Under the pieces are notes generated by a model. The model had not been told where the DNA came from. It searched no databases and saw nothing but the letters and a program-made list of their open reading frames with translations. Positions 37,274 through 50,651 of a stretch of DNA of 64,000 nt are shown piece by piece (position 1 is the first letter of the stretch; the number at the start of each line of letters is the position of its first letter). This DNA comes from an uncultured Gemmatimonadales bacterium (GTDB taxonomy: Bacteria > Gemmatimonadota > Gemmatimonadetes > Longimicrobiales > Gaopeijiaceae): contig CAWELD010000003.1 of NCBI GenBank assembly GCA_963809895.1, forward strand, positions 192,001 to 256,000, read 5' to 3'. Both the position numbers and the translations under genes were made by a program.

Positions 37274-37744
37274 ATGAGTCGTCGTTCCAGAGCAGAGAAG
37301 CGGGACATCCCCGGTGATCCGAAGCACGGATCCGAGGTGGTCACCAAGTTCATGAACGGTCTCATGGTGGACGGCAAGAAGTCCGTCGCCGAGAAGATCT
37401 TCTACGAGGCCCTCGATATCCTCGAGGAGAAGTCGGGCCAGGCCGGGCTGAACGTGTTTCAGCAGGCCGTGAACAACGCCAAGCCCGCCCTCGAGGTGAA
37501 GAGCCGGCGCGTCGGTGGCGCCACCTATCAGGTGCCCATCGAGGTCCGGCCCGAGCGCCGGCAGGCGCTGGCCATCAAGTGGCTCATCCAGTTCGCCCGT
37601 GGCCGCTCCGAGCGGTCCATGTCCGAGCGACTGGCCGGGGAGCTCCTGGCCGCGTCCCGTGGCGAGGGCTCCACGGTGAAGAAGAAGGACGACACGCACC
37701 GGATGGCCGAGGCCAACAAGGCGTTCGCCCACTATCGGTGGTAG
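37274..37744 (+). CDS. rpsG: 30S ribosomal protein S7
   Basis: [12 protein letters not shown] and [13 protein letters not shown]. Confidence 0.99.
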   Translation: MSRRSRAEKRDIPGDPKHGSEVVTKFMNGLMVDGKKSVAEKIFYEALDILEEKSGQAGLNVFQQAVNNAKPALEVKSRRVGGATYQVPIEVRPERRQALAIKWLIQFARGRSERSMSERLAGELLAASRGEGSTVKKKDDTHRMAEANKAFAHYRW

Positions 37745-37971
37745 GCTGAAGAACCAGACGACGGTCCCGATCCTTCGGGTGGGGCCGGACAATTCGGGGA
37801 CACGCGACGGCCTGCGGGCCCTCTCCGGTCGCCAGGAAGCGCGGACTCGCGCGGCCTGCCGGAGAGCAGGCCGAACACGGGAGCTCCGCGCTTCTGTTTG
37901 TCTCCGGGGGGCGCCTTTGGGGCGCTCCGACGAACGAGGGCCACGAGTCGAGACGAAGCGAGTACGGATAG

Positions 37972-40077
37972 ATGCCTAGACAGACGCCACTCAAGCAGCT
38001 CCGGAACATCGGCATCATGGCGCACATCGATGCCGGGAAGACCACGACCACGGAGCGCATCCTGTTCTACACGGGACGCGTGCACCGCATGGGCGAGGTC
38101 CACGAGGGCGCTGCCACCATGGACTGGATGGAGCAGGAGCAGGAGCGGGGGATCACCATCACCTCCGCGGCCACGACCTGCCATTGGAAGCGCAACGACA
38201 CCGACTTCCGCATCAACATCATCGACACTCCCGGGCACGTGGACTTCACCGCCGAGGTGGAGCGGTCCCTGCGGGTGTTGGATGGCGCGGTGGCGGTGTT
38301 CTGCGCCGTGGGTGGCGTGGAACCCCAGTCGGAGACGGTGTGGCGGCAGGCCGATCGCTACAAGGTCCCCCGTATCGCCTTCGTCAACAAGATGGATCGC
38401 GTGGGCGCCGACTTCGACAACGTGATCTCCATGATGCGCGAGCGTCTGGGGGCCAACGCCCACGCGGTGCAGTACCCCATGGGTGAGGGCGAGATGTTCA
38501 CGGGCATCGTGGACATCGTCACCATGACGGCGATCCACTACGAGGACGAGCTGGGCTCGAAGTTCACCCGTCAGGAGATCCCCTCGGATCTGCAGGCCAA
38601 GGTGGAGGAGCTGCGTCACGAGCTCATCGAGGCCGCCGTCGAGCACCACGACGAGTATCTGGAGAAGTACCTCTCGGGAGAGGAGCTCACGGAGGACGAA
38701 CTTCGTGAGGCCATCCGCCTGGCCACCAACGAGGGCCATCTCTTCCCGGTGTTCTGTGGCTCGGCCTTCAAGAACAAGGGCGTCCAGGCGCTTCTGGACG
38801 GCGTGATCGACTATCTGCCGTCTCCGCTCGACGTGCCGGCCATCCAGGGTCACCTGCCGCATCACGACGAAACCCACGACACCCGCGAAGCCAGCGACGA
38901 CGCGCCGTTCAGTGCGCTGGCCTTCAAGATCGCCACCGACCCCTACGTCGGTAAGCTGACCTTCTTCCGGGTGTATTCGGGCTCGCTGCCCGCCGGCTCC
39001 TACATCATGAACGCCACCAAGGAGAAGCGGGAGCGGGTCGGGCGTATCCTCCAGATGCACGCGAACAAGCGGGAGGAGCGCGAGGAGGTCTACGCCGGTG
39101 ACATCGCCGCGGCCATCGGGCTGAAGGACGTGAAGACCGGCGACACGCTGTGCGACGGGGACCACCCCATCATCCTCGAGGCCATGAAGTTCCCCGAGCC
39201 GGTGATCGCGGTGGCCATCGAGCCCAAGACCAAGGCGGACCAGGACAAGCTGTCCAACGGGCTGGCGAAGCTGGCCGACGAGGATCCCACCTTCAAGGTC
39301 CACACCGACCCCGAGACGAACCAGACCATCATCCGTGGTATGGGCGAGCTCCACCTGGAGATCATCGTCGACCGCCTTCGCCGGGAGTTCGGCGTCGAGG
39401 CCAACGTGGGCCGGCCGCAGGTGGCGTACCGGGAGACCATTCGCAAGCCGGCCGAGAAGGTCGAGGGCAAGTTCGTGCGCCAGACCGGTGGCCGCGGCCA
39501 GTACGGGCACGTGGTCATCAACATCTCGCCTGCCGAGACCGGCGCCGGTTTCGTCTTCGAGGACAAGATCGTCGGCGGCGTGATCCCCCGGGAGTACATC
39601 CCGGCGGTGGAGCAGGGGATCCGGGAGGCCATGGACAACGGTGTCCTGGCCGGCTACCCCCTCATCGACATCAAGGTCGAGCTGATCGACGGCTCCTACC
39701 ACGATGTCGACTCCAACGAGATGGCGTTCAAGATCGCCGGCTCCATGGCCCTCAAGGAGGGCGTGCGACGGGCCAAGCCCGTGCTGCTGGAGCCGATCAT
39801 GGACGTGGAGGTGGTGACGCCCGCCGACTACATGGGCGACATCATCGGAGACCTGTCCTCCCGCCGCGGTCGGGTCGGGGGGATGACGGAGCGCGCCGGC
39901 GCGCGGGTCATCGGCGCCAGCGTGCCCCTGGGCGAGATGTTCGGCTACTCCACCACCCTTCGCTCCATGAGCCAGGGGAGGGCGGTGTACACGATGCAGT
40001 TCGCCCACTACGACGAAGTGCCCCAGTCCAAGGCCGACGAGATCATGGCCTCGGCTGGTCGAGACACCGGCAACTGA
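37972..40077 (+). CDS. fusA: Elongation factor G
   Basis: [21 protein letters not shown] and GMGELHL. Confidence 0.99.
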   Translation: MPRQTPLKQLRNIGIMAHIDAGKTTTTERILFYTGRVHRMGEVHEGAATMDWMEQEQERGITITSAATTCHWKRNDTDFRINIIDTPGHVDFTAEVERSLRVLDGAVAVFCAVGGVEPQSETVWRQADRYKVPRIAFVNKMDRVGADFDNVISMMRERLGANAHAVQYPMGEGEMFTGIVDIVTMTAIHYEDELGSKFTRQEIPSDLQAKVEELRHELIEAAVEHHDEYLEKYLSGEELTEDELREAIRLATNEGHLFPVFCGSAFKNKGVQALLDGVIDYLPSPLDVPAIQGHLPHHDETHDTREASDDAPFSALAFKIATDPYVGKLTFFRVYSGSLPAGSYIMNATKEKRERVGRILQMHANKREEREEVYAGDIAAAIGLKDVKTGDTLCDGDHPIILEAMKFPEPVIAVAIEPKTKADQDKLSNGLAKLADEDPTFKVHTDPETNQTIIRGMGELHLEIIVDRLRREFGVEANVGRPQVAYRETIRKPAEKVEGKFVRQTGGRGQYGHVVINISPAETGAGFVFEDKIVGGVIPREYIPAVEQGIREAMDNGVLAGYPLIDIKVELIDGSYHDVDSNEMAFKIAGSMALKEGVRRAKPVLLEPIMDVEVVTPADYMGDIIGDLSSRRGRVGGMTERAGARVIGASVPLGEMFGYSTTLRSMSQGRAVYTMQFAHYDEVPQSKADEIMASAGRDTGN

Positions 40078-40108
40078 CGCCGATCACGGTTTTCGCACCC
40101 GAGCACCG

Positions 40109-41317
<1,209 letters not shown>

Positions 41318-41381
41318 ACGGCGGACCGACCAAGGCCACCCTCGCCGGCTGCGGGGGTGGGGGCTGACACAGAGGAACGAC

Positions 41382-41690
41382 ATGGCCGACAGGATTCGGA
41401 TCAGGCTGAAGGCGTTCGACCATTGGATCGTGGATCAGACCGCGTCCGATATCGTGCGAACGGCTCAGAAGACGGGGGCGAGCGTGCGGGGGCCCATTCC
41501 CCTGCCCACGCGCCGTCAGCGGTGGACCGTGCTGCGGTCGCCGCACATCGACAAGAAGAGCCGTGAGCAGTTCGAGCTGCGGACCCACAAGCGTCTCATC
41601 GACATCGTGGATAGTCGTCCGCAGACCATCGACGCGCTGACGAAGCTGGACCTTCCTGCGGGCGTGGACGTCGAGATCAAGGTCGATTGA
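41382..41690 (+). CDS. rpsJ: 30S ribosomal protein S10
   Basis: [17 protein letters not shown] and [13 protein letters not shown]. Confidence 0.99.
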   Translation: MADRIRIRLKAFDHWIVDQTASDIVRTAQKTGASVRGPIPLPTRRQRWTVLRSPHIDKKSREQFELRTHKRLIDIVDSRPQTIDALTKLDLPAGVDVEIKVD

Positions 41691-41692
41691 CG

Positions 41693-42310
41693 ATGGCCGG
41701 AATCATTGGACGCAAGGTCGGGATGACCCGGATCTTCGACGAGACGGGCACGCAGGTGCCGGTCACCGTCGTGGTGGCGGGTCCGTGCCCGGTCACGCAG
41801 ATCAAGAGCCAGGACACCGACGGCTATCAGGCGGTGCAGCTCGGGTTCGGCGCCCAGAAGAGCAAGCGGGCGTCGAGAGCCGAGGTCGGTCACGCCGCCA
41901 AGGCCGGGGTCGAGGCCGCTCCCCGCATCGTGCGGGAGATCCCGTGGGACGACGGGGAGGCCTACGAGCTCGGTCAGACGCTGACCGTCGAGCAGTTCGA
42001 GGCCGGTGACAAGGTGAAGGTCACGGGAACGTCCAAGGGGCGCGGATTCCAGGGCGTCGTCAAGCGCCACGGGTTCGCTGGACGTCCCGGGGGGCACGGG
42101 CACCCCATGTCCCGGAACCCGGGCTCCCTGGGCCCGGGCACCGATCCCTCCCGCGTGATCAAGGGAAAGAAGCTCCCGGGTCGCATGGGAGGAGCCCGGA
42201 CGACCATCCGGAACCTCCAGGTGGTGAAGGTGGACGGCGAGCGGAACCTGCTCTTCATCAAGGGTGGGATCCCCGGCGCCCGCGACAGCTACGTCCTCAT
42301 CACGAAGTGA
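41693..42310 (+). CDS. rplC: 50S ribosomal protein L3
   Basis: [10 protein letters not shown] and [15 protein letters not shown]. Confidence 0.98.
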   Translation: MAGIIGRKVGMTRIFDETGTQVPVTVVVAGPCPVTQIKSQDTDGYQAVQLGFGAQKSKRASRAEVGHAAKAGVEAAPRIVREIPWDDGEAYELGQTLTVEQFEAGDKVKVTGTSKGRGFQGVVKRHGFAGRPGGHGHPMSRNPGSLGPGTDPSRVIKGKKLPGRMGGARTTIRNLQVVKVDGERNLLFIKGGIPGARDSYVLITK

Positions 42311-42313
42311 CGC

Positions 42314-42970
42314 ATGTATAAGGCGCGCTACTACAAGGTCGACGGCAAGAAGGGCCGAGCCCGGGCACTCCCGGACACGCTCTTCGACGGCGTCGTGAAC
42401 GAGGCGGTCCTGCACCAGGTGGTGAAGGCCTACCGGGCCAACCAGCGGCAGGGCACCCACTCGGCGAAGAACCGGGCCGCGGTCTCCGGCGGGAGCCGGA
42501 AGCCATGGCGGCAGAAGGGCACGGGTCGCGCCCGACAGGGCACCATCCGCGCCGTGCAGTGGGAAGGAGGCGGCCGGGCCTTCCCGCCGATCCCCCATTC
42601 GTGGAACCAGAAGGTGCCGCGCAAGGTGCGCGCGCTCGCTCGCCGCTCGGCGTTCAACGCCCGCGCCGAGGACGAGCGCGTGGTGCTGGTGGACGGCTTC
42701 GCCATGGACGCGCCCCGGACCGCCACGCTGCGGGACTATCTGGCCACCATCGAGCTGGCGGATCGCAAGGTGCTGATTCTCACCGACGGCCTGAAGGACA
42801 ACGTCTACCTCTCGGCGCGGAACATGGCGCACGTGGAGGTTCGGCCCTTCGGCGAAGAGTCCGCCTACGACATCCTGTGGGCCGATGCCGTGATCATCGA
42901 GCGCGAGGCCTTGGACCGACTCGGTGCCGCGGCCGCCGCCCCGGAGAGCGAGGAGGGCGAGGATGCGTGA
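42314..42970 (+). CDS. rplD: 50S ribosomal protein L4
   Basis: [14 protein letters not shown]. Confidence 0.98.
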   Translation: MYKARYYKVDGKKGRARALPDTLFDGVVNEAVLHQVVKAYRANQRQGTHSAKNRAAVSGGSRKPWRQKGTGRARQGTIRAVQWEGGGRAFPPIPHSWNQKVPRKVRALARRSAFNARAEDERVVLVDGFAMDAPRTATLRDYLATIELADRKVLILTDGLKDNVYLSARNMAHVEVRPFGEESAYDILWADAVIIEREALDRLGAAAAAPESEEGEDA

Positions 42971-43274
42971 CGCGCGCGAAGTGATCGTGGGCCCGGTCAT
43001 CACCGAGAAGTCGGCCCGGCAGATGGAGGAGCGCAACGTCTACACCTTCGTCGTGGACCGCGGGGCCAACAAGATCGAGATCGGCCAGGCGGTGGAGAGG
43101 CTGTGGGACGTGCGGGTCACCAACGTCCGCACCATGGTCTACGCCGGCAAGGCCCGGCGGGCATTCCTGGGACGGATGAGCAGGAATCGGGACATCGGCC
43201 GTCGTCCGGCGTTCAAGAAGGCGCTGGTGACGCTGGCCGAGGGTGACCACATCGAATTCTACGAAGTCGGCTGA
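42963..43274 (+). CDS. rplW: 50S ribosomal protein L23
   Basis: [13 protein letters not shown] and FKKALVTL. Confidence 0.97.
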   Translation: MRDAREVIVGPVITEKSARQMEERNVYTFVVDRGANKIEIGQAVERLWDVRVTNVRTMVYAGKARRAFLGRMSRNRDIGRRPAFKKALVTLAEGDHIEFYEVG

Positions 43275-43286
43275 GGACCAGAAGCC

Positions 43287-44129
43287 ATGGCGATCAAGAA
43301 ATTCAAGCCGGTGACACCGGGCACCCGGTTCCGATCGACGGTGGAAAACGTCGAGACGACCCGGCGCACCCCGGAGAAGTCCCTGGTGGAGGCGCTGCCC
43401 TCGTCGGGTGGCCGCAACCATCACGGACGGATCACGCTCCGCAGGCGGGGTGGCGGGCACAAGCGCAAGTACCGCCGCATCGATTTCCGGCGGGACAAGC
43501 TCGGTGTGCCGGGCGTGATCTCCGAGGTCGAGTACGACCCGAATCGCACGGCCAACATCGCCCTCGTCACCTACGCCGACGGCGAGAAGCGCTACATCCT
43601 GCACGTCCGGGACATGAAGGTGGGTGACCCGGTGATGGCGGGACCCGACGCCGACATCAAGCCGGGCAACGCGCTGGCCCTGGGATCGATTCCCCTGGGT
43701 ACCACCGTGCACAACGTGGAGCTCAAGCCGGGCAAGGGTGGCCAGATGGCCCGCTCGGCCGGCGCCGGCGTGCAGATCGTGGCCAAGGAGGGTGAGTACG
43801 TCACCCTGCGGCTGCCCTCCACCGAGATGCGGCGGGTGCACCGGACCTGCATGGCCACGGTTGGCCAGGTGGGCAACGTGGACCACGAGCTCACTTCGGT
43901 GGGCAAGGCCGGCGCCAACCGTTGGCGGGGCCGCCGGCCCCGGGTTCGCGGTGTCGCCATGAACCCGGTGGACCATCCGCTGGGTGGTGGTGAGGGCCGC
44001 ACGTCCGGCGGACGGCCGCCGGTGTCGCCGTGGGGCACCCCCGACGGCAAGAAGACGCGCAAGCGTAAGAAGCGGTCCAGCAAGTTCATCGTCCGTGGCC
44101 GCAAGCGCGGCAAGTCGACCAAGAGCTAA
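43287..44129 (+). CDS. rplB: 50S ribosomal protein L2
   Basis: EYDPNRTA and [17 protein letters not shown]. Confidence 0.99.
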   Translation: MAIKKFKPVTPGTRFRSTVENVETTRRTPEKSLVEALPSSGGRNHHGRITLRRRGGGHKRKYRRIDFRRDKLGVPGVISEVEYDPNRTANIALVTYADGEKRYILHVRDMKVGDPVMAGPDADIKPGNALALGSIPLGTTVHNVELKPGKGGQMARSAGAGVQIVAKEGEYVTLRLPSTEMRRVHRTCMATVGQVGNVDHELTSVGKAGANRWRGRRPRVRGVAMNPVDHPLGGGEGRTSGGRPPVSPWGTPDGKKTRKRKKRSSKFIVRGRKRGKSTKS

Positions 44130-44155
44130 CGGCCCGAGATCAGGAACGGTACGAG

Positions 44156-44440
44156 ATGGCACGCAGCATCAAGAAGGGTCCGTACATCGACGACAAGCTC
44201 CTCCTCAAGGTGGAGATCATGAACTCGCGCAACGAGAAGAAGGTCGTAAAGACCTGGGCGCGTGCGTCCACGATCTCGCCCGAGTTCATCGGTCACACGG
44301 TCGCGGTGCACAACGGCAACAAGTTCATCCCCGTGTACATCACGGAGAACATGGTGGGCCACAAACTCGGAGAATTCGCCCCGACCCGGCTGTTCCGCGG
44401 TCACGGTGGCAGGCTCGCCGACAAGCGGTCCAAGCGATGA
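44156..44440 (+). CDS. rpsS: 30S ribosomal protein S19
   Basis: RSIKKGPY and [13 protein letters not shown]. Confidence 0.99.
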   Translation: MARSIKKGPYIDDKLLLKVEIMNSRNEKKVVKTWARASTISPEFIGHTVAVHNGNKFIPVYITENMVGHKLGEFAPTRLFRGHGGRLADKRSKR

Positions 44441-44463
44441 GTGCGGATCTGGAGACGCCGACG

Positions 44464-44817
44464 ATGGAAGCCAGGGCAATCGCTCGCTACGTGCGGATGA
44501 GTCCGCGCAAGGTCCGCCTGGTGGTGGACCTCATCCGGGGGAAGAGCGTGAACGACGCCTACGCCATCCTCCAGTTCTCGAAGAAGGCGGCCGCGGAGCC
44601 GGTCTCGAAGACGCTTCGCTCGGCCGTGGCCAACGCACAGTATCGCGCGCAGGATCAGGGCGAGGTCGTCGATGCCGACGATCTGGTGGTCCGCGAGTGC
44701 TTCGTGGACGAAGGGCCGACGCTTCGCCGGTACCGTGCCGCGGCCATGGGGCGCGCGGCACCCATCCGGCGGCGCACGAGCCACATCACCGTGGTTGTGG
44801 ACAGCAAGGACGCGTAG
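44464..44817 (+). CDS. rplV: 50S ribosomal protein L22 (alternative start 44437)
   Basis: [22 protein letters not shown] and TSHITV. Confidence 0.97.
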   Translation: MEARAIARYVRMSPRKVRLVVDLIRGKSVNDAYAILQFSKKAAAEPVSKTLRSAVANAQYRAQDQGEVVDADDLVVRECFVDEGPTLRRYRAAAMGRAAPIRRRTSHITVVVDSKDA

Positions 44818-44821
44818 ACGA

Positions 44822-45481
44822 ATGGGACAGAAGACACACCCCACCGGGTTCCGCCTCGGAATCATCAAGGACTGGAAGTCGCGCTGGTACGCCGAGCGTG
44901 ACTTTCCCCGGCTCCTCATGGAAGACGAGACGATCCGGCGCTACCTCCACCGACGGCTGGCCCACGCGGCCCTGTCGCAGGTCGAGATCGAGCGCAAGCC
45001 GAGCAAGATCGTGGTCACCATCCACACCGCGCGCCCCGGCGTGGTGATCGGAAAGCGGGGCTCGGAGGTGGACAAGCTCCGTGACGAGCTGGCCCTGATC
45101 ACCAACAGCGAGATCTCGGTCAACGTCGAGGAGATCAAGCGTCCGGAGCTGGATGCCCGCCTGGTGGCGGACAACGTCGCCCATCAGTTGCGGCAACGTG
45201 TCTCCTTCCGCCGCGCCATGAAGCGCGCGGTGCAGGGGGCCATGCGTGCCGGTGCCGAGGGCATCAAGATCCAGTGCGCCGGGCGGCTCGGCGGCGCCGA
45301 GATCGCGCGCACCGAGGGGTACAACGAGGGTCGGGTGCCGCTGCACACGCTGCGGGCCGACATCGACTACGCCCAGCTTCATGCGCACACGACCTACGGC
45401 ACGATCGGCGTGAAGTGCTGGATCTTCAAGGGCGAGGTGGTGGAGGAGCGGCGCGGCCGCACCTACTCCACCGGCTCATAA
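44822..45481 (+). CDS. rpsC: 30S ribosomal protein S3
   Basis: [13 protein letters not shown] and [14 protein letters not shown]. Confidence 0.99.
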   Translation: MGQKTHPTGFRLGIIKDWKSRWYAERDFPRLLMEDETIRRYLHRRLAHAALSQVEIERKPSKIVVTIHTARPGVVIGKRGSEVDKLRDELALITNSEISVNVEEIKRPELDARLVADNVAHQLRQRVSFRRAMKRAVQGAMRAGAEGIKIQCAGRLGGAEIARTEGYNEGRVPLHTLRADIDYAQLHAHTTYGTIGVKCWIFKGEVVEERRGRTYSTGS

Positions 45482-45497
45482 GGAAAGGGACGGAACG

Positions 45498-45920
45498 ATG
45501 CTGTCGCCCAAGCGCGTCAAGTACCGGAAGAAGCACAAGGGCCGCATGCGCGGCGCCGCTCAGCGGGGCAACAAGGTGTCCTTCGGCGAGTACGGCCTGC
45601 AGGCCGCCGAGCCGGCCTGGATCACCAACCGCCAGATCGAGGCGGCCCGTGTGGCCATGACCCGCCACATCAAGCGTGGCGGAAAGGTCTGGATTCGGAT
45701 TTTCCCCGACAAGCCCATCACCCAGAAGCCCGCGGAGACGCGCATGGGGAAGGGAAAGGGGAACCCCGAGGGTTGGGTGGCCGTGGTGAAGCCGGGCCGG
45801 GTCATGTTCGAGCTCGAGGGGGTCGCGGAGGACATGGCCCGCCGGGCCATGGAGCTGGCTGCAGCCAAGCTTCCCATCAAGACCCGGTTCGTGGTGCGTG
45901 AGCGCCAGATCGGGACCTGA
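45498..45920 (+). CDS. rplP: 50S ribosomal protein L16
   Basis: PKRVKYRK and RMGKGKG. Confidence 0.99.
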   Translation: MLSPKRVKYRKKHKGRMRGAAQRGNKVSFGEYGLQAAEPAWITNRQIEAARVAMTRHIKRGGKVWIRIFPDKPITQKPAETRMGKGKGNPEGWVAVVKPGRVMFELEGVAEDMARRAMELAAAKLPIKTRFVVRERQIGT

Positions 45921-45931
45921 CGGAGAGGATC

Positions 45932-46132
45932 ATGAAGGCTGAAGATATTCGCGACTGGGACAACGTGGAGATCGAGGCTCGCCTGGACGAGCTCAAGGAG
46001 GAGCGCTTCAGGTTGCGCTTCCGGAGCGCGACCATGGAGCTCGAGAACCCGAGGATCATCCGTCAGATCCGGCGTGACATCGCCCGTCTGAAGACCATCC
46101 TCCGCGAGCGCGAGCTCGCGGGCAACGATTGA
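45932..46132 (+). CDS. rpmC: 50S ribosomal protein L29
   Basis: LRF...[17 protein letters not shown]. Confidence 0.97.
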   Translation: MKAEDIRDWDNVEIEARLDELKEERFRLRFRSATMELENPRIIRQIRRDIARLKTILRERELAGND

Positions 46133-46143
46133 CCGAGCGGCAT

Positions 46144-46437
46144 ATGGCCAACACGGAAGAGAGCATCCAGGTGACCGACACCCCCAAGCGGGGGGGCCGC
46201 AAGGTCCGCGTCGGCGTCGTGGTGAGCGACAAGCAGGACAAGACCGTGACCGTGAGCGTAGCGCGCCAGTTCCCGCATCCTCTCTACAGGAAGCAGGTGA
46301 AGCGCACGAAGAAGTACCATGCCCACGACGCGGACAACGAATTCAAGGTGGGCGATGTGGTGCGGATCCAGGAGACTCGCCCGCTATCGAAGACCAAGCG
46401 CTGGCGCGTGGTCGAGCTCATCGAGCGGCCCGCGTGA
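46144..46437 (+). CDS. rpsQ: 30S ribosomal protein S17
   Basis: [15 protein letters not shown] and [11 protein letters not shown]. Confidence 0.97.
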   Translation: MANTEESIQVTDTPKRGGRKVRVGVVVSDKQDKTVTVSVARQFPHPLYRKQVKRTKKYHAHDADNEFKVGDVVRIQETRPLSKTKRWRVVELIERPA

Positions 46438-46450
46438 TCGGAGAACGACG

Positions 46451-46819
46451 ATGATCCAGCAGGAATCGATCCTCCGGATTGCGGACAACACGGGTGCCAA
46501 GACGGCACTCTGCATCCGCGTCCTGGGTGGCTCGCGGCGTCGCTACGCCCGCGTGGGTGACGTGATCGTGGCCACGGTGAAGGACGCCATCCCCAACGCG
46601 CCCGTGAAGAAGGGCGACGTGGTGAAGGCCGTCATCGTGCGCACGAGCAAGGAGATGCGCCGGCGCGACGGGACCTACATCCGATTCGACGACAACGCCG
46701 CCGTCATTCTGAATCCCAACGGGGAGCCCCGTGGGACGCGCATCTTCGGACCCGTGGGCCGAGAGCTCCGCGAGAAGCGCTACATGAAGATCGTGTCCCT
46801 GGCCCCCGAGGTGCTGTGA
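46451..46819 (+). CDS. rplN: 50S ribosomal protein L14
   Basis: MIQQES...[14 protein letters not shown] and SLAPEVL. Confidence 0.99.
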   Translation: MIQQESILRIADNTGAKTALCIRVLGGSRRRYARVGDVIVATVKDAIPNAPVKKGDVVKAVIVRTSKEMRRRDGTYIRFDDNAAVILNPNGEPRGTRIFGPVGRELREKRYMKIVSLAPEVL

Positions 46820-46820
46820 G

Positions 46821-47177
46821 ATGAAGCACAAGGACGTGGCCGCCAAGGGGCGGAAGCACAAGATCGTGAAGGGTGACCGGGTGCGCGTCATCCGTGGCAA
46901 CTACCGCGAGCAGGAGGGCACGGTCCTCCGCGTGATCTCGGACAAGGATCAGGTGATCGTGGAAGGGGTCAACATGCGGAAGCGCCACCAGCGCCCCACG
47001 CAGGCGAACCCCGAGGGGGGGATCGTGAGCTTCGAGGCTCCCCTGCACATCTCCAACGTGATGCTGGTCGATCCAGCCACGGACGAGGCGAGCCGGGTTC
47101 GCGTACGCCTGGAAGAGGACGGCACCAAGGAGCGGATCGCCGTGAAGTCGGGCAATCCCATCCCGAAGCCGCATTGA
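46821..47177 (+). CDS. rplX: 50S ribosomal protein L24
   Basis: KGDRVRVIRG, VEGVN and EAPLHISNV. Confidence 0.98.
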   Translation: MKHKDVAAKGRKHKIVKGDRVRVIRGNYREQEGTVLRVISDKDQVIVEGVNMRKRHQRPTQANPEGGIVSFEAPLHISNVMLVDPATDEASRVRVRLEEDGTKERIAVKSGNPIPKPH

Positions 47178-47292
47178 CGAGAAGCCATTGCACGCCGGCG
47201 GCGACGCCGGAACGCGCGAACGTGGGCGTGAGTGACGCCGCCTACGCGACCGAACCCAGATGAGCGAGCCCGATGCGCTCGCGACGAGAGAC

Positions 47293-47874
47293 ATGGAACG
47301 CACGCCCAGACTGCTGACGCACTACCACGAGCACGCCCGGCCGAAGCTGACCGAGCTGTTCGGGCTCACGAATCCCAACGAGGTGCCGCGCATCACGAAG
47401 GTGTCGGTGAACGTGGGAGTCGGCGACGCATCCAAGAACCAGAAGCTTCTGGACAGCGTCGTGGACGAGCTCGGCGCCATCACCGGCCAGAAGGCCCTGG
47501 TGACGCGGGCGCGGAAGTCCATCTCGAACTTCGGTTTGCGCGAAGGCATGCCGGTGGGAGCGTCGGTGACGCTCCGCCAGGCCCGGATGTACGAGTTCCT
47601 GGATCGCCTCGTCAGCGTGGCGATCCCCCGGATCCGTGATTTCCGCGGTCTGAACACGCGAGCCTTCGACGGTCGTGGAAACTTCACTCTCGGCGTGAAG
47701 GAGCAGATCATCTTCCCCGAGATCGACTACGACCGTGTGAACAAGATCCACGGGATGGACATCACCGTGGTGACGACGACGGACAAGGACGACCAGGCCC
47801 TGGCGCTGCTGCGCGAGATGGGCTTCCCGTTCCGGGGCGAAACGCCCGTCGTGATCGAGCAGAACGGCGGGTGA
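47293..47874 (+). CDS. rplE: 50S ribosomal protein L5 (alternative start 47260)
   Basis: [19 protein letters not shown] and IIFPEI. Confidence 0.97.
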   Translation: MERTPRLLTHYHEHARPKLTELFGLTNPNEVPRITKVSVNVGVGDASKNQKLLDSVVDELGAITGQKALVTRARKSISNFGLREGMPVGASVTLRQARMYEFLDRLVSVAIPRIRDFRGLNTRAFDGRGNFTLGVKEQIIFPEIDYDRVNKIHGMDITVVTTTDKDDQALALLREMGFPFRGETPVVIEQNGG

Positions 47875-47917
47875 GTCCCGCAGTCATATCCAGAGACTCA
47901 GGTTTTTTGGGGGCGTA

Positions 47918-48103
47918 ATGGCCAGGAAGGCGCTAGTCGAGAAGTCGAAGCGCGAACCGAAGTACGAGGTACGGCATCGCAACCGCTGCCAGCGGTGCGG
48001 CCGTCCGCGGGCGTATATCCGGAAGTTCGGAATCTGCCGCGTGTGCTTCCGGGAAATGTCGCTCCGCGGGGAGATCCCCGGGGTGCGCAAGTCCAGCTGG
48101 TAA
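47918..48103 (+). CDS. rpsN: 30S ribosomal protein S14, type Z
   Basis: RCQRCGRPR...CRVCFR...PGVRKSSW; 61 aa. Confidence 0.98.
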   Translation: MARKALVEKSKREPKYEVRHRNRCQRCGRPRAYIRKFGICRVCFREMSLRGEIPGVRKSSW

Positions 48104-48120
48104 GGGAACGGATACAGCCA

Positions 48121-48513
48121 ATGATGACGGATCCCATCGCGGACATGCTGACGCGCATCCGGAACGCCGGCCAGGCCGGACACCGGTGGGCGGACATGCC
48201 CGTATCCAAGCTGAAGGCCGAGGTGGCCCGCCTCCTGAAGGAGAGCCACTTCGTATTCGACTACAAGATCCTGGACGACGGCCGGCACGGCGTCCTCCGG
48301 GTGTATCTCAAGTATCACGACGGCGAGCCGATCATCCGGCACCTGGAGCGCGTTTCGCGGCCCGGGCGGAGGCACTACGTCGGCGTGGACGAGATCCCCT
48401 CGGTCCGCAACGGGCTCGGTATGGCGATCCTGTCCACGTCCCGTGGCCTGCTCTCGGATCGCTCGGCGCGCCAGGAGGGCGTGGGCGGTGAGCTCATGGC
48501 CCTGGTCTGGTAA
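48121..48513 (+). CDS. rpsH: 30S ribosomal protein S8
   Basis: [18 protein letters not shown] and STSRG. Confidence 0.98.
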   Translation: MMTDPIADMLTRIRNAGQAGHRWADMPVSKLKAEVARLLKESHFVFDYKILDDGRHGVLRVYLKYHDGEPIIRHLERVSRPGRRHYVGVDEIPSVRNGLGMAILSTSRGLLSDRSARQEGVGGELMALVW

Positions 48514-48529
48514 GGGAGTCGACGGAACG

Positions 48530-49069
48530 ATGTCACGAATCGGCAAGCAGCCCGTGGCGGTGCCCAAGGGCGTGGACGTGGCGCTGGACGGCGCCACCCT
48601 CAAGGTGAAGGGCCCCAAGGGCGAGCTCAGCATGACCGTTCATCCGGAGATGTCGGTCGCCATCGAGGATGGCGAGGTCCGGGTGAGCCGCCCGTCGGAC
48701 GTGCAACGCCATCGCGCGCTTCACGGCCTGACCCGGTCGCTGGTGGCCAACATGGTGGAGGGCGTGACCCAGGGCTTCAGCCGCACGCTGGAAATCGTGG
48801 GGGTGGGGTACCGGGCCGACAAGCGGGGCAACAGCCTGACGCTGGCCCTCGGGTATTCGCACCCCATCGAGTTCGATCCGCCGGCGGGAATCGATGTGGA
48901 GGTCCCCAACCAGACCACCATCGTGGTCCAGGGGGCAGACAAGCAGCTGGTGGGCCAGGTGGCCGCGGAGATCCGGGGCTTCCGGCCGCCGGAGCCATAC
49001 AAGGGCAAGGGAGTCCGGTACCAGGGCGAGCAGGTCCGCCGCAAGGCCGGCAAGACCGCTGGGGCATGA
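48530..49069 (+). CDS. rplF: 50S ribosomal protein L6
   Basis: MSRIGKQP and PEPYKGKG. Confidence 0.98.
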   Translation: MSRIGKQPVAVPKGVDVALDGATLKVKGPKGELSMTVHPEMSVAIEDGEVRVSRPSDVQRHRALHGLTRSLVANMVEGVTQGFSRTLEIVGVGYRADKRGNSLTLALGYSHPIEFDPPAGIDVEVPNQTTIVVQGADKQLVGQVAAEIRGFRPPEPYKGKGVRYQGEQVRRKAGKTAGA

Positions 49070-49458
49070 CGATGAGTGTCTTTTCGAAGCAGAAGAAGTC
49101 GCGCCGCACCGCGCGTGTGCGCCGCCACCGACGGATCCGGAAGAAGATCGCCGGCACGGCGGAGCGGCCGCGTCTCGTGGTGTACCGGTCCCTGAGGAAC
49201 ATCGAGGGACAGCTGGTGGACGACGGGGCTGGACGCACGCTGGCGGGACTGAGCACGCTGGACCCCGAACTCCGGGGATTCGAGGCCGAGGGGCAGAACC
49301 GCAAGGTGGAGCACGCCTTCGCCGCGGGGAAGAAGCTCGGCGAGCGAGCCCGGGAGATGGGGATCGAGGCCGTCGTCTTCGATCGTGGCGGCTACAAGTA
49401 CCACGGCCGGGTGAAGGCCTTCGCTGAAGGCGCCCGTGAGGGAGGACTGAAGTTCTGA
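49066..49458 (+). CDS. rplR: 50S ribosomal protein L18
   Basis: RPRLVVYRS and [13 protein letters not shown]. Confidence 0.98.
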   Translation: MTMSVFSKQKKSRRTARVRRHRRIRKKIAGTAERPRLVVYRSLRNIEGQLVDDGAGRTLAGLSTLDPELRGFEAEGQNRKVEHAFAAGKKLGERAREMGIEAVVFDRGGYKYHGRVKAFAEGAREGGLKF

Positions 49459-49982
49459 TGGCCAAAGACAGAAAGCAGAGCCGGGGTCGCGACTCCGAAC
49501 TGGTCGAGAACGTCATCCACATCAACCGGGTGGCGAAGGTGGTGAAGGGCGGACGTCGCTTCTCCTTCTCCGCCCTGGTGGCGGTCGGGGACCAGAACGG
49601 CAAGGTGGGCGTCGCCCTCGCCAAGGCCAACGAGGTGGCCGAGGCCATCCGCAAGTCGTTCGAGCAAGCCCGCCGGAACATGGTTCAGGTTCCCGTGGTC
49701 AACGGCACGCTTCCCCACGAGATCGTGGGCGAGTGGGGCGCCGGACGCGTGATGCTCCGACCGGCCGCCCCCGGTACCGGGGTGATCGCCGGTGGACCGG
49801 TGCGCGCCGTGCTCGAGGCGGCCGGTGTGAGCGACGTGCTCACCAAGAGCCTCGGGACCAACAACCCCATCAACGTGGTGCGCGCCACCATGCACGGCCT
49901 CACCCACCTGGTGACGGCCGAGCAGGCCGCCGCCGAGCGCGGCGTGGCCGTGGAGACCCTGGGAGTGATCCGCAATGGCTAA
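49458..49982 (+). CDS. rpsE: 30S ribosomal protein S5
   Basis: [15 protein letters not shown] and PGTGVIAGG. Confidence 0.98.
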   Translation: MAKDRKQSRGRDSELVENVIHINRVAKVVKGGRRFSFSALVAVGDQNGKVGVALAKANEVAEAIRKSFEQARRNMVQVPVVNGTLPHEIVGEWGAGRVMLRPAAPGTGVIAGGPVRAVLEAAGVSDVLTKSLGTNNPINVVRATMHGLTHLVTAEQAAAERGVAVETLGVIRNG

Positions 49983-50175
49983 GAAGAAACAGGCCACACT
50001 CGAGATCACGCAGGTCCGAAGCCGTTCGGGGCGGCCCGAGAAGCACCGCCGCACCCTGGAGGCACTCGGCCTCAAGCGACACCAGCAGAGTGTCGTTCAC
50101 GACGACACGCCGGCCATCCGCGGGATGGTGCGGCAGGTGAGCCACCTGGTCTCGGTTCGCGAGATCGAGGGCTGA
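49975..50175 (+). CDS. rpmD: 50S ribosomal protein L30
   Basis: ITQVRS, TLEALGL and [12 protein letters not shown]. Confidence 0.97.
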   Translation: MAKKKQATLEITQVRSRSGRPEKHRRTLEALGLKRHQQSVVHDDTPAIRGMVRQVSHLVSVREIEG

Positions 50176-50189
50176 AGAGGAACACGACG

Positions 50190-50645
50190 ATGGCGGAACT
50201 TCATGACCTGAGCCCGGCCTCCGGCTCCCACCGCGACCGCAAGCGGGTGGGACGAGGGCCCGGCTCCGGCACCGGCAAGACCGCGGGTCGCGGCGAGAAG
50301 GGGCAGAAGGCCCGGAGTGGCGGGTCCATCCCGCCTGGCTTCGAAGGCGGGCAGATGCCCCTGCACCGGCGCCTCCCCAAGCGGGGCTTCCACAACCGCA
50401 ACCGGGTGGAGTACCAGGTTGTGAACGTGGGTGACCTGATCCGCATGGACGGCGACGTGACCCCGGAGTCGCTCAGAGACGCAGGGCTGGTGCGCTCGTC
50501 GCGCCACCCGGTGAAGATCCTGGGTGACGGCGAAGTGGAGAAGGCGTTTACCGTGACGGCGCATGCCTTCAGCGGGAGCGCGCGTGAGAAGATCGAGGGC
50601 GCCGGCGGCACGGTCACCGTGCTCGGTGCCGAGGATCAGGGCTGA
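50190..50645 (+). CDS. rplO: 50S ribosomal protein L15
   Basis: GRGPGSG.GKT and [16 protein letters not shown]. Confidence 0.98.
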   Translation: MAELHDLSPASGSHRDRKRVGRGPGSGTGKTAGRGEKGQKARSGGSIPPGFEGGQMPLHRRLPKRGFHNRNRVEYQVVNVGDLIRMDGDVTPESLRDAGLVRSSRHPVKILGDGEVEKAFTVTAHAFSGSAREKIEGAGGTVTVLGAEDQG

Positions 50646-50651
50646 CCGTCG

